Positions 1 to 8,135 of a stretch of 64,000 nt of DNA are shown here, piece after piece; position 1 is the stretch's first letter; each line of letters starts with the position of its first letter. The DNA comes from an uncultured Pseudomonadales bacterium (lineage in GTDB: Bacteria > Patescibacteriota > Microgenomatia > UBA1400 > UBA1396): NCBI GenBank assembly GCA_964511175.1, contig CAZEEI010000005.1, positions 3,416 through 67,415 of the forward strand, read 5' to 3'. The notes beneath the pieces were generated by a model, which worked only from the letters and a program-made list of their open reading frames with translations, made no database searches and was not told the DNA's origin. Both the position numbers and the translations under genes were made by a program.

Positions 1-405
1 TGATATATCAGCATAAACAATAGGTCCCAATAATCCTTCTGGAGAACAATCGTCGATTTTGACGGGAAACAACTTACGTTTTAGTCCTTCTGGATCCGAT
101 TTAAAAAATACCGCCCATTCCGGTTGGGAAAATATCGACTTAAGGTAATTATTTGACAAAACGAGTACTGCCCTTTCGGAAACAATGATTCCTCGCTGCA
201 TTGATAAAACAAAATTATCACCTGAAGGAATGTCTACTGAGGCAATAAAAACCCTATACCCAGATTTTTTTAGTTGATCAGCAATCCAATTGGCAAAATC
301 ATGATCTTTAAATGAATAACTGACAAAAAAATCGAATTCGTAATCCTTCTTCTCAGAATTATTTTGATTGTCGTCCAAATTCTCGTTCTGGCTAACTCTA
401 CCCAT
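1..405 (-). CDS. TIR-domain protein (partial, runs off the window edge; not in ORF track)
   Basis: Manual translation from ATG at 405: MGRVSQNENLDDNQNNSEKKDYEFDFFVSYSFKDHDFANWIADQLKKSGYRVFIASVDIPSGDNFVLSMQRGIIVSERAVLVLSNNYLKSIFSQPEWAVFFKSDPEGLKRKLFPVKIDDCSPEGLLGPIVYADIS. The DFFVSYS / VLVLSxxYLxSxxxxxEW / LFPV pattern is that of bacterial TIR_2 domains. AT-rich. Confidence 0.88.
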   Translation of the reverse strand, partial: MGRVSQNENLDDNQNNSEKKDYEFDFFVSYSFKDHDFANWIADQLKKSGYRVFIASVDIPSGDNFVLSMQRGIIVSERAVLVLSNNYLKSIFSQPEWAVFFKSDPEGLKRKLFPVKIDDCSPEGLLGPIVYADIS

Positions 406-503
406 AAAATCTCATCCCTTAATCTAAAATTCCCTAAAAACCATAGATTATAGGCGTGAAATAAATATATCTTCAATCTTCCCGTGTTACAATACACTCT
501 CTC

Positions 504-576
504 GAGTCTATAGCTCAGTTGGTAGAGCGCTTCGTTGACATCGAAGAGGTCACAGGTTCGAGTCCTGTTAGACTCA
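504..576 (+). tRNA. tRNA-Val(GAC)
   Basis: Acceptor stem GAGTCTA/TAGACTC, D arm TAGCTCAGTTGGTAGAGC, anticodon arm CTTCG-TTGACAT-CGAAG, T arm ACAGG-TTCGAGT-CCTGT; CCA not encoded; TGTTACAAT extended -10 upstream. Confidence 0.97.
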
Positions 577-597
577 CTTGTGCTACAATAAATCCCT

Positions 598-849
598 ATG
601 GCAGCCATTACAGCAGGTGGACGACAGCATCGAGAGCGTGTGGAGTGGATGAAGATAATGGGTGGTAACACCGGTTTTGGTGGTGGTCCTCGTCGACCAG
701 ATAAAGACCCCCAAGATGAAGACAAGTCTCTCCTGAAACGTTGCGAGCATTGGCTGGAACATTTTTATCATTCCCTTTACTGCTGGTGGATTAATGTTTG
801 GTATCCTCATCCGAAAAAAGATTCGCCCCAGAAACCACCGACCCGTTAA
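598..849 (+). CDS. small hypothetical protein
   Basis: 83-aa ORF preceded by TGCTACAAT 8 nt before the ATG; no recognisable family. Confidence 0.5.
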   Translation: MAAITAGGRQHRERVEWMKIMGGNTGFGGGPRRPDKDPQDEDKSLLKRCEHWLEHFYHSLYCWWINVWYPHPKKDSPQKPPTR

Positions 850-852
850 TTT

Positions 853-1200
853 ATGACACTACTTGACACTGGTGAGGAAAATCAAGTCAGTCAAAGTATC
901 AACCGCAAAACGATTTATGACGTGCCGGTGCGCGAAGTTGCCTGGCGCAGTTTTGTGGCTGGTTTGTTTTTAGGTTTAGGCCGAACCGCCGCCAGTGGGT
1001 TACTGTGGCTAGTGGTTTTACTGCTTTCCGTACAGATTTTGCAGCCGCTGGTTATGCCACTTTTTAGCCAATTTGAACAGCTGACCCAGATACTGGGTCG
1101 TCAACCTTCTGGTTCTACTCCCGCCGATTTTGCGACCTTAAACAGCCTGAATTCGGTCGATTGGGGCAGTATTCTACCTTCTCTAAAAACCACCCAATAA
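853..1200 (+). CDS. small membrane protein (DUF5665-like)
   Basis: WRSFVAGLFLGLG motif followed by a hydrophobic segment. Confidence 0.6.
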   Translation: MTLLDTGEENQVSQSINRKTIYDVPVREVAWRSFVAGLFLGLGRTAASGLLWLVVLLLSVQILQPLVMPLFSQFEQLTQILGRQPSGSTPADFATLNSLNSVDWGSILPSLKTTQ

Positions 1201-1208
1201 GGTTTGAT

Positions 1209-1745
1209 TTAAAGCAGAGTGATGGTTAGTTCTAGGGGATCACTAGGGTCTTCCACCACTTGCAATTGCCCGGCTTTCTGTTCGGATAAAAGCAACTTTT
1301 TGGAGTTTTCCCAAACGTTAGCTTTATACCGGCGAATGCCGCGTTTTTTCAACTCTTTATGTTTTCGACGTAACAATAATCGTCCCAAACCATGGCGTCG
1401 GTACTCCCAGCCCACTCCCAAAAATGAAGTGATAAGTACTAGTTTGTCATCCTGTTTTTGGATTACACAGATCGCCACACCAATGGTTTTATTATCCAAC
1501 TTCGACCAAAGTATAAAGCTATTTTCTGCATGACCAGGTACTAGAGCGGCGTTCATCTCCTCAGTGGCCCAAAAAACCAGACGAAAACCATACTCAAAAT
1601 GCGGATCCTGAGAGTTTGCTTCGGTGAAGGCAATCTTTTCTTTTACTAAAAATTTGCGCAATTGCTCTTTGGCTGTTGGGCTAGCCGATACTAGCTCGAT
1701 GTTAACTCTCTTCAGAAAATCCTCTTGTTCCTTATCAAATGTCAT
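1209..1745 (-). CDS. GNAT family N-acetyltransferase
   Basis: Motif A LGVGWEYRRHGLGRLLL; AAAGGAAA RBS before ATG. Confidence 0.75.
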   Translation of the reverse strand: MTFDKEQEDFLKRVNIELVSASPTAKEQLRKFLVKEKIAFTEANSQDPHFEYGFRLVFWATEEMNAALVPGHAENSFILWSKLDNKTIGVAICVIQKQDDKLVLITSFLGVGWEYRRHGLGRLLLRRKHKELKKRGIRRYKANVWENSKKLLLSEQKAGQLQVVEDPSDPLELTITLL

Positions 1746-1757
1746 ATTTTCCTTTGC

Positions 1758-3278
1758 TTAGGGCAGGGTAAAAAATTGACTGACTAACGCTTGTCGCTGC
1801 GTTTCATTCCAACCAATCACTACATCTTGTCGCACGTAGAGGTCAGTTACCCGACCGTCGGCGCGATATAAATGGTAATACTGCTTCGTCAGGAGCGGCG
1901 CCAGCGATTGGTAATAGAAACTGCTGGGTTCGGTTTGGAAGTAAACAAAAGCAGGCGGTGCAGCCAACAAAGCCTGCCAGTCGGCCTGAAGTTTGGGTAC
2001 ATTCCAAGCCCAGTTGAGGTGAAACACCTGCTGGTCGGACGTTGGCAGGCTGGTCAGGATGTGCAAATACCCGTCGCCGTCTGGACCGGTCAGAAGAGTA
2101 TCGCCAGGATTCTTCACTAGGTTAAGCGCGTTGGCAATAGCTTGATAAGTCCCGTACTGGATTGCATTTTCGGCTAACCGATTTTTCCGTTCGGCCACCC
2201 AAACTAAATTACCAGTCAGCAAACCTAGCCATATTAGCAGTAATACCCCACGCGCTATTCGGCTGGGCCAGCGCCGCCAGACCGTGGTGGTAGCTACGGC
2301 CAATACTGCTGCCAAGGCTGCCAAATAGGGCCAGAGGTGAAAACCCTGGTAGAACCGAATATTAAAGTGGTCACTGCGGGTGTTTAGTAGCCAAAGACCA
2401 ATCAAAGCCAACCACCACGGCCAGCGTTTTTTACTTTGCCAAATCACCAAACTAACTAGCACAATCGCTGCCGCAAAAAGACGACCTATTGGCTCGCTAA
2501 GTGCCGCTGCTTGAATAAACGGATAAAACAATACGGCCCATCGGTTACCTGGCGTTGCCGCGGGAATGACGTAACGTACTGAAGTTAAAACCGTTTTCTC
2601 CCACCAAGCCGCTGGTGAAATCAGGCCAAACAAAGCGAGGGTCGGCAATAAACCGGCTAGCACTAATAACTTTTTTTGCGGCCAAGGCAGACGCCAAAGG
2701 AACCAGCCAGTCGCCAAGCCAACCAGTGGCCAGAGAGGTAAAAGGTTGAAAAAAGCCCCAAACAAGGCGATTGCCAAAGCAATTACATCAGGAACGGCTA
2801 AACGGTAGTAGGAATCTTGGGCTAAAGCGAAGTAGTAAAGCACAATCGCCGCCACCGCCGGCGCGGCCAAAGATTCACCCAACACATACCAGCCAAAAAA
2901 CCAGTGGGACAACGCCAGCAGCAGCGCACTAGTCAGCAAGCCGCGCCAACGGAAACGAGCCACCAGCCAGGCCGAGCTCACTGCTAAATACACCAGCATC
3001 ACCCAACGAATACGTTCGATTAGTAAGAAAAGCGAATTGTAGGGTAGTAGTTTAGTTAAAATCGCCCCAGCCAGCACCGGCAGAGGTTGGTGCGTTAAGG
3101 AAAGGTCGGTGTACAACCGGCGGCCGGACGACCACATCAGCCAACCCATCGTTAAGTGGTCGGTTTCATCCTGAAAATACCAGGATTGGGAGTGGGAGCG
3201 TAGTCCCCAACCAACCACTACCAACAAAATAAAGAAAATCGGCCAAATCAACCAAGATCGACGGGCAATTAATTTCAT
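1758..3278 (-). CDS. polytopic membrane protein, GT-C (ArnT/PMT-like) glycosyltransferase
   Basis: Many TM segments; QDE acidic motif after TM1 and LYTDLSLTHQPL in loop 1; start moved to ATG 3278. Confidence 0.65.
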   Translation of the reverse strand: MKLIARRSWLIWPIFFILLVVVGWGLRSHSQSWYFQDETDHLTMGWLMWSSGRRLYTDLSLTHQPLPVLAGAILTKLLPYNSLFLLIERIRWVMLVYLAVSSAWLVARFRWRGLLTSALLLALSHWFFGWYVLGESLAAPAVAAIVLYYFALAQDSYYRLAVPDVIALAIALFGAFFNLLPLWPLVGLATGWFLWRLPWPQKKLLVLAGLLPTLALFGLISPAAWWEKTVLTSVRYVIPAATPGNRWAVLFYPFIQAAALSEPIGRLFAAAIVLVSLVIWQSKKRWPWWLALIGLWLLNTRSDHFNIRFYQGFHLWPYLAALAAVLAVATTTVWRRWPSRIARGVLLLIWLGLLTGNLVWVAERKNRLAENAIQYGTYQAIANALNLVKNPGDTLLTGPDGDGYLHILTSLPTSDQQVFHLNWAWNVPKLQADWQALLAAPPAFVYFQTEPSSFYYQSLAPLLTKQYYHLYRADGRVTDLYVRQDVVIGWNETQRQALVSQFFTLP

Positions 3279-3362
3279 TATAACCAAGCGTACTGCCAGA
3301 TCTATGTTTAATCAATCGTGCTGACTGCCACACCGTATGCTTCCGTTTTAACTCGACTACTC

Positions 3363-3494
3363 TTATGCCGTGAAACGCATATTGGGTAAATGATTGTTTT
3401 GTTTGATAGATAAAGTTAAAAATTAACAGTTAATCGAATATAAAGTCTTCCCCAGATACAAAACCTTGGTTGCTATATGCGTTTCACGGCATAA
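3363..3494. repeat. perfect 20-bp inverted repeat enclosing a 92-nt AT-rich spacer
   Basis: TTATGCCGTGAAACGCATAT (3363-3382) and its exact reverse complement ATATGCGTTTCACGGCATAA (3475-3494). Confidence 0.9.
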
Positions 3495-3584
3495 ACGAGT
3501 CGGTTGACAAAAGATATGTTTACCACCCCCAATACCCCGCCTGCAATGTTATAATCGCTGAGTAGAAAAAATAAGGAGGTCACG

Positions 3585-4157
3585 ATTCGTTTTCGACCAC
3601 GCAAACCAAAACATCATGATGTCCGCCCCGCCATGGCGCGCTATGTGATGAATGAAATGATTACCGCGCCACAAGTGCGGCTAATTGATCAGTATGGCGG
3701 CCAAATTGGCGTCATGTCACGCGAAGAAGCGTTGGCTAAAGGTGATGAGGAAGAAAAAGACCTCATCATGATTGCCGACCAAGCCGTACCACCGGTTGTT
3801 AAATTGATTGAACTTTCCAAATTCCGCTACCAAGAGCAACAGAAGCGTCAAGAAGAAGCCAAAAAGTCCAGTAAGGGTAGCGACCTCAAGGAACTGCGTC
3901 TTACTCCCTTTATTGCTGCTGGCGACCTAGAAGCGCGGATTAACCGGGTGCGTGAGTTTTTGGAAGAGGGAAGTAAAGTACGTCTCCACGTCAAATTCCG
4001 CGGCCGGGAAGTAACTAAACCGGAATTCGGCAATCAAGTACTCAAAAAAATATTTGATGCTGTAGCCGATGTGGGCAAAGTGGAAACGGCTCCCAAACTG
4101 GCCGGTAAGTTCATGACTGCTCAGTTAATGCCAACCGGCAAGAAAAAGACGGTTTAG
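3585..4157 (+). CDS. infC: translation initiation factor IF-3, ATT start
   Basis: NEMITAPQVRLID, PPVVKL and KFRGRE motifs; AAGGAGGT followed by in-frame ATT at 3585; TGTTATAAT promoter at about 3547. Confidence 0.95.
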   Translation: MRFRPRKPKHHDVRPAMARYVMNEMITAPQVRLIDQYGGQIGVMSREEALAKGDEEEKDLIMIADQAVPPVVKLIELSKFRYQEQQKRQEEAKKSSKGSDLKELRLTPFIAAGDLEARINRVREFLEEGSKVRLHVKFRGREVTKPEFGNQVLKKIFDAVADVGKVETAPKLAGKFMTAQLMPTGKKKTV

Positions 4158-4208
4158 CGTTGCGATTTTATTACTTGCTGTTATAATACTTCTTCTGTCA
4201 GGAAATTT

Positions 4209-4418
4209 ATGGCGGCAAAAAAGTTTAAACATAAGACTCGTAAAACCGTAATTAAGCGCTTCAAGATTACCGGTACTGGTAAGGTGATGCGTCGCTCCCA
4301 GGGTATGCGCCACTTGCGCCGTCGTAAGGGTAAAGCTCTGCAGCGTCGCTACGCTATCCCGGTAGAAATCAAAGGCCGCTGGGCTAAGAAAATTAAACAA
4401 ATGTTGGGCATCGCTTAA
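4209..4418 (+). CDS. rpmI: 50S ribosomal protein L35
   Basis: KHKTRKTVIKRFKITGTGKVMRR; position after infC. Confidence 0.95.
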   Translation: MAAKKFKHKTRKTVIKRFKITGTGKVMRRSQGMRHLRRRKGKALQRRYAIPVEIKGRWAKKIKQMLGIA

Positions 4419-4427
4419 AAAGGAAAT

Positions 4428-4787
4428 ATGTCACGCGTTAAAACTGGTTTTCATCGTCACGCTCGTCACCAAAAAGTGCTTGGTTTCACCAAGGGCTACC
4501 GCATGACGAAAAACCGCCTATACAAAGTGGCGCACGAAGCCATGCTACACGCTGGTCAATACGCTTACATTGGCCGCAAGAATCGCAAACGCGACTTCCG
4601 CGCCCTCTGGATCACGCGTATCAGCGCCGCCGTCAAAGCGGTGTCGGCTCAACTTAATTATTCTCGCTTCATGAACCAACTCAAAGCCGCCAATATCGAG
4701 TTAGATCGCAAGATGCTAGCCGATTTAGCCGTACATGATTTGGACGCTTTTAGTGAGGTGGTTAAGGCCGCCGAAGCTAAAAAATAA
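4428..4787 (+). CDS. rplT: 50S ribosomal protein L20
   Basis: [20 protein letters not shown] and [11 protein letters not shown] motifs. Confidence 0.98.
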   Translation: MSRVKTGFHRHARHQKVLGFTKGYRMTKNRLYKVAHEAMLHAGQYAYIGRKNRKRDFRALWITRISAAVKAVSAQLNYSRFMNQLKAANIELDRKMLADLAVHDLDAFSEVVKAAEAKK

Positions 4788-4797
4788 AACGCCAAAC

Positions 4798-5220
4798 TTA
4801 TATCGCGTGCCTAGTACTATTCCGTTCAAGTTCGCTCTGCTTTTGTCGATAAAGCACTCGTTGCTCAATATCGCCAATTTGTGGTACCTTTTGTTGAGCG
4901 ATCGTGCTTAAAAGCAAATCACGCGCACCGGAATCTAGCCAGTCTTTAATCGGCAAGCGTAGTTTTTCGCCATTATTGGCTAGAATAATAATTTCTCCCC
5001 AGTGATGCCACACCTCCAGTTCAGGAATTAGCCCCACCACGCTATCTTCTTTAACCGACTGCCCACGCTGTCGAGCTAATAATCTGGACTGATCCAGAAA
5101 TCTCATCTCATCGCGAACGGCCACAATGTCTGTGGCCAATAATTGTGTAGTCCCAACCGCGACCATCAACTGAGGAGAGCCTTCTTTACTACTGCGACCT
5201 ACTGTTAATAATCTGTTCAT
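4798..5220 (-). CDS. hypothetical protein downstream of a Phe attenuator
   Basis: 140-aa ORF with GAAAGGAAA RBS; no family recognised. Confidence 0.7.
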   Translation of the reverse strand: MNRLLTVGRSSKEGSPQLMVAVGTTQLLATDIVAVRDEMRFLDQSRLLARQRGQSVKEDSVVGLIPELEVWHHWGEIIILANNGEKLRLPIKDWLDSGARDLLLSTIAQQKVPQIGDIEQRVLYRQKQSELERNSTRHAI

Positions 5221-5234
5221 AATTTTCCTTTCCC

Positions 5235-5263
5235 AAACAAAAAACCCTCCTTGTGGAGGGTTT
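5235..5263 (-). terminator. attenuator terminator hairpin (segments 3:4)
   Basis: Minus strand AAACCCTCC-ACAA-GGAGGGTTT followed by TTTGTTT. Confidence 0.88.
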
Positions 5264-5284
5264 GTTCGGCTGCTTTATTTTAGA

Positions 5285-5359
5285 CTACGCGCTTAACCCT
5301 CCCCTTAATTTCGGGAAGAAAAAGAAAGACGCAAAAGAGAATACTATTAAACTTCTCAT
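5285..5359 (-). CDS. Phe-rich leader peptide MRSLIVFSFASFFFFPKLRGGLSA (attenuator leader)
   Basis: 24 codons, 6 Phe with four in tandem; GGAGGGTT inside the leader is complementary to terminator arm AACCCTCC; TTGCCA-17nt-TAACCT promoter 8 nt before the ATG. Confidence 0.85.
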   Translation of the reverse strand: MRSLIVFSFASFFFFPKLRGGLSA

Positions 5360-5405
5360 TAGGGCTAAGGTTACTATATTTATCCCCAATTGGCAAGCAG
5401 AGAAC

Positions 5406-6923
5406 CTACCTATTTGTCGCTGACTCAATTAACTGTTCCAGCAGGGTAATGGCCTCTTCAATATGTGTGGGCTCAGTGCGTGGATGCATTAATACGGCGC
5501 GGTAAGTCCATTGTTGTCTTTCAGCGGGTGACAAAGCATCAACTGACTCATCTACACTTAAGTTGGTGGCGGAAAAGAAATATCCCGACTGATCACGCAG
5601 TTGTTGTCTGGTTAACTCGATGATTGGCTCCAGTTGAGAATTATGGGTTATACCATGCCTGCGACAATACTCGGGTCGGATGGTGAAACAAACCACGTTG
5701 AGATGCGGCTTGTGCAGAGGCTGAAGTATCGGAGAGGCTAAGAGCCGTCGATAAAGGTACCCTGTATTATTCAGAGTGTGGTCTAAAAGTGCTTGCCACT
5801 CTTGTTTAGAAAAAGCATTGATGGCAGCCACGGTGGCTAAAACACAACCCGCCCCCGCCGATCCTTCAATTCTTTTCTGTCCAAGACTAACTTGTCCTGG
5901 CTTGAAAACATAAGCAGCATCATCCGAATCAAATTTTATTTTAGCGTGTTCATGAGGATCACGAAAAACGACTGCCCCAGCCTCATATGGCGTGTTTAAC
6001 GTTTTATGTGGATCCAGTGTAACCGAATTGGCTCTTTGAATACCCTTAAACAAATGTTTTTGGGTAGACATTAGATACGCAAATCCATAGGCGGCGTCTA
6101 CGTGGAGATAAATGTGATATTTCTTAGCGATATCCGCAATAGCATTAAGAGGGTCAACAATACCAGTTTCCGTTTCGCCAGCAATTGCGACAATTGCCAT
6201 AATTTTTTTGCCGCTGTCCGTAATTTCGCGGATCATCGCTTCTAGACCAGCCGGATCCATTTGGAGATTACGACTAGGAGCCTTAAGAACTGAGATTGAT
6301 CCATTGGGTCCGGCCAGAATGCGTACTGCTTTAGTGATGGAGTAATGGATAAACGGATTAGCAATAACGACGAACTCATTATTAGGACGTTCAGTGGTTG
6401 TTAGTCTTTCACGCTCAGCTTTTTCGGAGGCTAACTCACGGGCGACCCAAAGAGCGGTAAGGTTGGCCAGCGAGCCGCCGGAGGTAAAAGTCCCGCTGGC
6501 GCTCTTTTTGTCAAAACCAACTAACTCAGCCAACCAACCAATAGCCTCCGGTTCTAAGGCTGACTCTACTTCCGAAACTTCCCGGGCAACCGTATTAGAT
6601 CCAGACCGAATAGCCAGAATATATGCCAGCATCGCCGGAATTGAAGCCTCCGTCAACATATGACCAAGATAAAACTTATCAAAACGCTGCGCCTTTTTAA
6701 GGTGTTCAAAAATACGTTGAATAGCCTGCATCGCTTGGGGATTTTTTCTACTTACAAAACCCCGATCTCCATCCGCCATGTTTTGCAGAAGAATATAGAA
6801 TTGTTCGAGCTCGGCATCGTGATTTTCAGGGTCAAAAAAAGCAGCTCGCGCTGCCTCTAAATCAGATTGGTTAACCCTAAATTTAAACTCAGGATTTTGT
6901 TTTCGCGATCCTCGCTTATTCAT
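5406..6923 (-). CDS. group II PLP-dependent decarboxylase
   Basis: GHM, GTFTSGGSLANLTAL, HYSITKA, GETETGIVDPL, LHVDAAYG and SVTLDPHK (PLP lysine); start taken at ATG 6923. Confidence 0.9.
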   Translation of the reverse strand: MNKRGSRKQNPEFKFRVNQSDLEAARAAFFDPENHDAELEQFYILLQNMADGDRGFVSRKNPQAMQAIQRIFEHLKKAQRFDKFYLGHMLTEASIPAMLAYILAIRSGSNTVAREVSEVESALEPEAIGWLAELVGFDKKSASGTFTSGGSLANLTALWVARELASEKAERERLTTTERPNNEFVVIANPFIHYSITKAVRILAGPNGSISVLKAPSRNLQMDPAGLEAMIREITDSGKKIMAIVAIAGETETGIVDPLNAIADIAKKYHIYLHVDAAYGFAYLMSTQKHLFKGIQRANSVTLDPHKTLNTPYEAGAVVFRDPHEHAKIKFDSDDAAYVFKPGQVSLGQKRIEGSAGAGCVLATVAAINAFSKQEWQALLDHTLNNTGYLYRRLLASPILQPLHKPHLNVVCFTIRPEYCRRHGITHNSQLEPIIELTRQQLRDQSGYFFSATNLSVDESVDALSPAERQQWTYRAVLMHPRTEPTHIEEAITLLEQLIESATNR

Positions 6924-6995
6924 TATCACCGCTCCGTCAGAATTACAATTATTGATATTAGCATAAAAGATATTAATCGACAATATCCAATCAAT

Positions 6996-8093
6996 CTATA
7001 TCAATAGATTCTGAATTAATTCTTCATTTACAGCAAAACCTAATCCCAATTGTCGAGATACTTTGACGGTACCATTCTTGGTCATGGTAATTTCCGGCAC
7101 AATAATATCTTCTGTAAAAATCTTAGCCGAAGGAAAAATATCTGCTGGCAAACTAAACTCCGATAGTGAGGCGGTAAAAATATTAAAGGCATTAGCTATA
7201 CCCGCTTCCAACATGCCACCACACCATAGAGGGATATTTTGTTCTTTGGCCAACTGGTTAATTTGTAAAACCTCGACCAGACTGCCAATTCTTCCCGGCT
7301 TCACGTTAATAATGCCGCATGCTTTTAATTCTATGGCTTTTTTAGCTTTGGAATAACTAACAATGCTCTCATCCAAGCAAATTGGTGTTTTGATCTCTTT
7401 TTGTAATAATGAATGGTGCCAAAGGTCATCAAACTCCAAAGGTTGTTCAATCATTAATAAGTTAAAGTTATCCAATTGCTTGAACGTATCTAAATCATCG
7501 AGGGTGTAAGCTGAGTTAGCATCAACCATCAATACTAAATCGGGAAAAGACTGGCGAATAATTTTTACCAACTCCACATCCCAACCCGGCTTAATTTTCA
7601 CCTTAATACGATGATATCCTTCCTCAACACGCTTGGTAATTAGTTGCAAGGTTTCGTCAACGGTGGGTAAAATACCTATACTTTCGCCTAAATTTATCTC
7701 TCGACGTGTTCCGCCCAGCAAATCTACAATTGGTTTGCCCGAAATTTGGGAAATGATCGACCATAATGCACATTCCACGCCAAATTTAGCGATCTTATTG
7801 CCGCGTAAATGTTGTGTCTCTTGGTAGAAATCACTAGGTGTTAAAGCCTTATTCAAAACAATTGGTTTTAAAACATTTTCTAATATCGCTATAACCGTAT
7901 CGGTTGATTCCTCCAGATAAACAGGCTCCGTCAAGGCAGCTGACTCGCCGTAGCCAACAACGCCATCATCTGTTGTTAATTTAATAACCACCGTTTCCCG
8001 AAATGGTATGTCACCAAAACTAGTCTTGAAGGTAAACTTCATTGGCAGTCTCAGGCGAAAAATATCAAATCGGGCAATCTGAACGGGTGTCAT
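6996..8093 (-). CDS. enolase-superfamily N-acyl(succinyl)amino acid racemase / o-succinylbenzoate synthase (NSAR/OSBS)
   Basis: IKVKIKPGWD, VDANSAY, IEQPL, CLDESI, NVKPGRIG, WCGGMLE and LPAD motifs. Confidence 0.92.
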   Translation of the reverse strand: MTPVQIARFDIFRLRLPMKFTFKTSFGDIPFRETVVIKLTTDDGVVGYGESAALTEPVYLEESTDTVIAILENVLKPIVLNKALTPSDFYQETQHLRGNKIAKFGVECALWSIISQISGKPIVDLLGGTRREINLGESIGILPTVDETLQLITKRVEEGYHRIKVKIKPGWDVELVKIIRQSFPDLVLMVDANSAYTLDDLDTFKQLDNFNLLMIEQPLEFDDLWHHSLLQKEIKTPICLDESIVSYSKAKKAIELKACGIINVKPGRIGSLVEVLQINQLAKEQNIPLWCGGMLEAGIANAFNIFTASLSEFSLPADIFPSAKIFTEDIIVPEITMTKNGTVKVSRQLGLGFAVNEELIQNLLI

Positions 8094-8135
8094 AAAACTA
8101 ACCTCCGGAGGCTCAATTATCCATTTATCTAACCA

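Noticed and set aside
270-810. Minus-strand ORFs 270-725 and 583-810
   Set aside because: 270-725 overlaps the tRNA and the TIR gene in another frame, 583-810 is antisense to ORF 598, and neither has motifs; treated as shadow ORFs
504-1745. tRNA-Val as an integration site for a mobile element
   Set aside because: No integrase and no duplicated tRNA 3' end were seen in the window
3351-3505. L20 leader or retron ncRNA as the explanation for the long hairpin
   Set aside because: It lies upstream of the apparent infC promoter, and no reverse transcriptase is present in the window
6996-8093. Calling this gene menC of menaquinone synthesis
   Set aside because: No other men genes are in the window; the GNAT and M20 neighbours point to the racemase role
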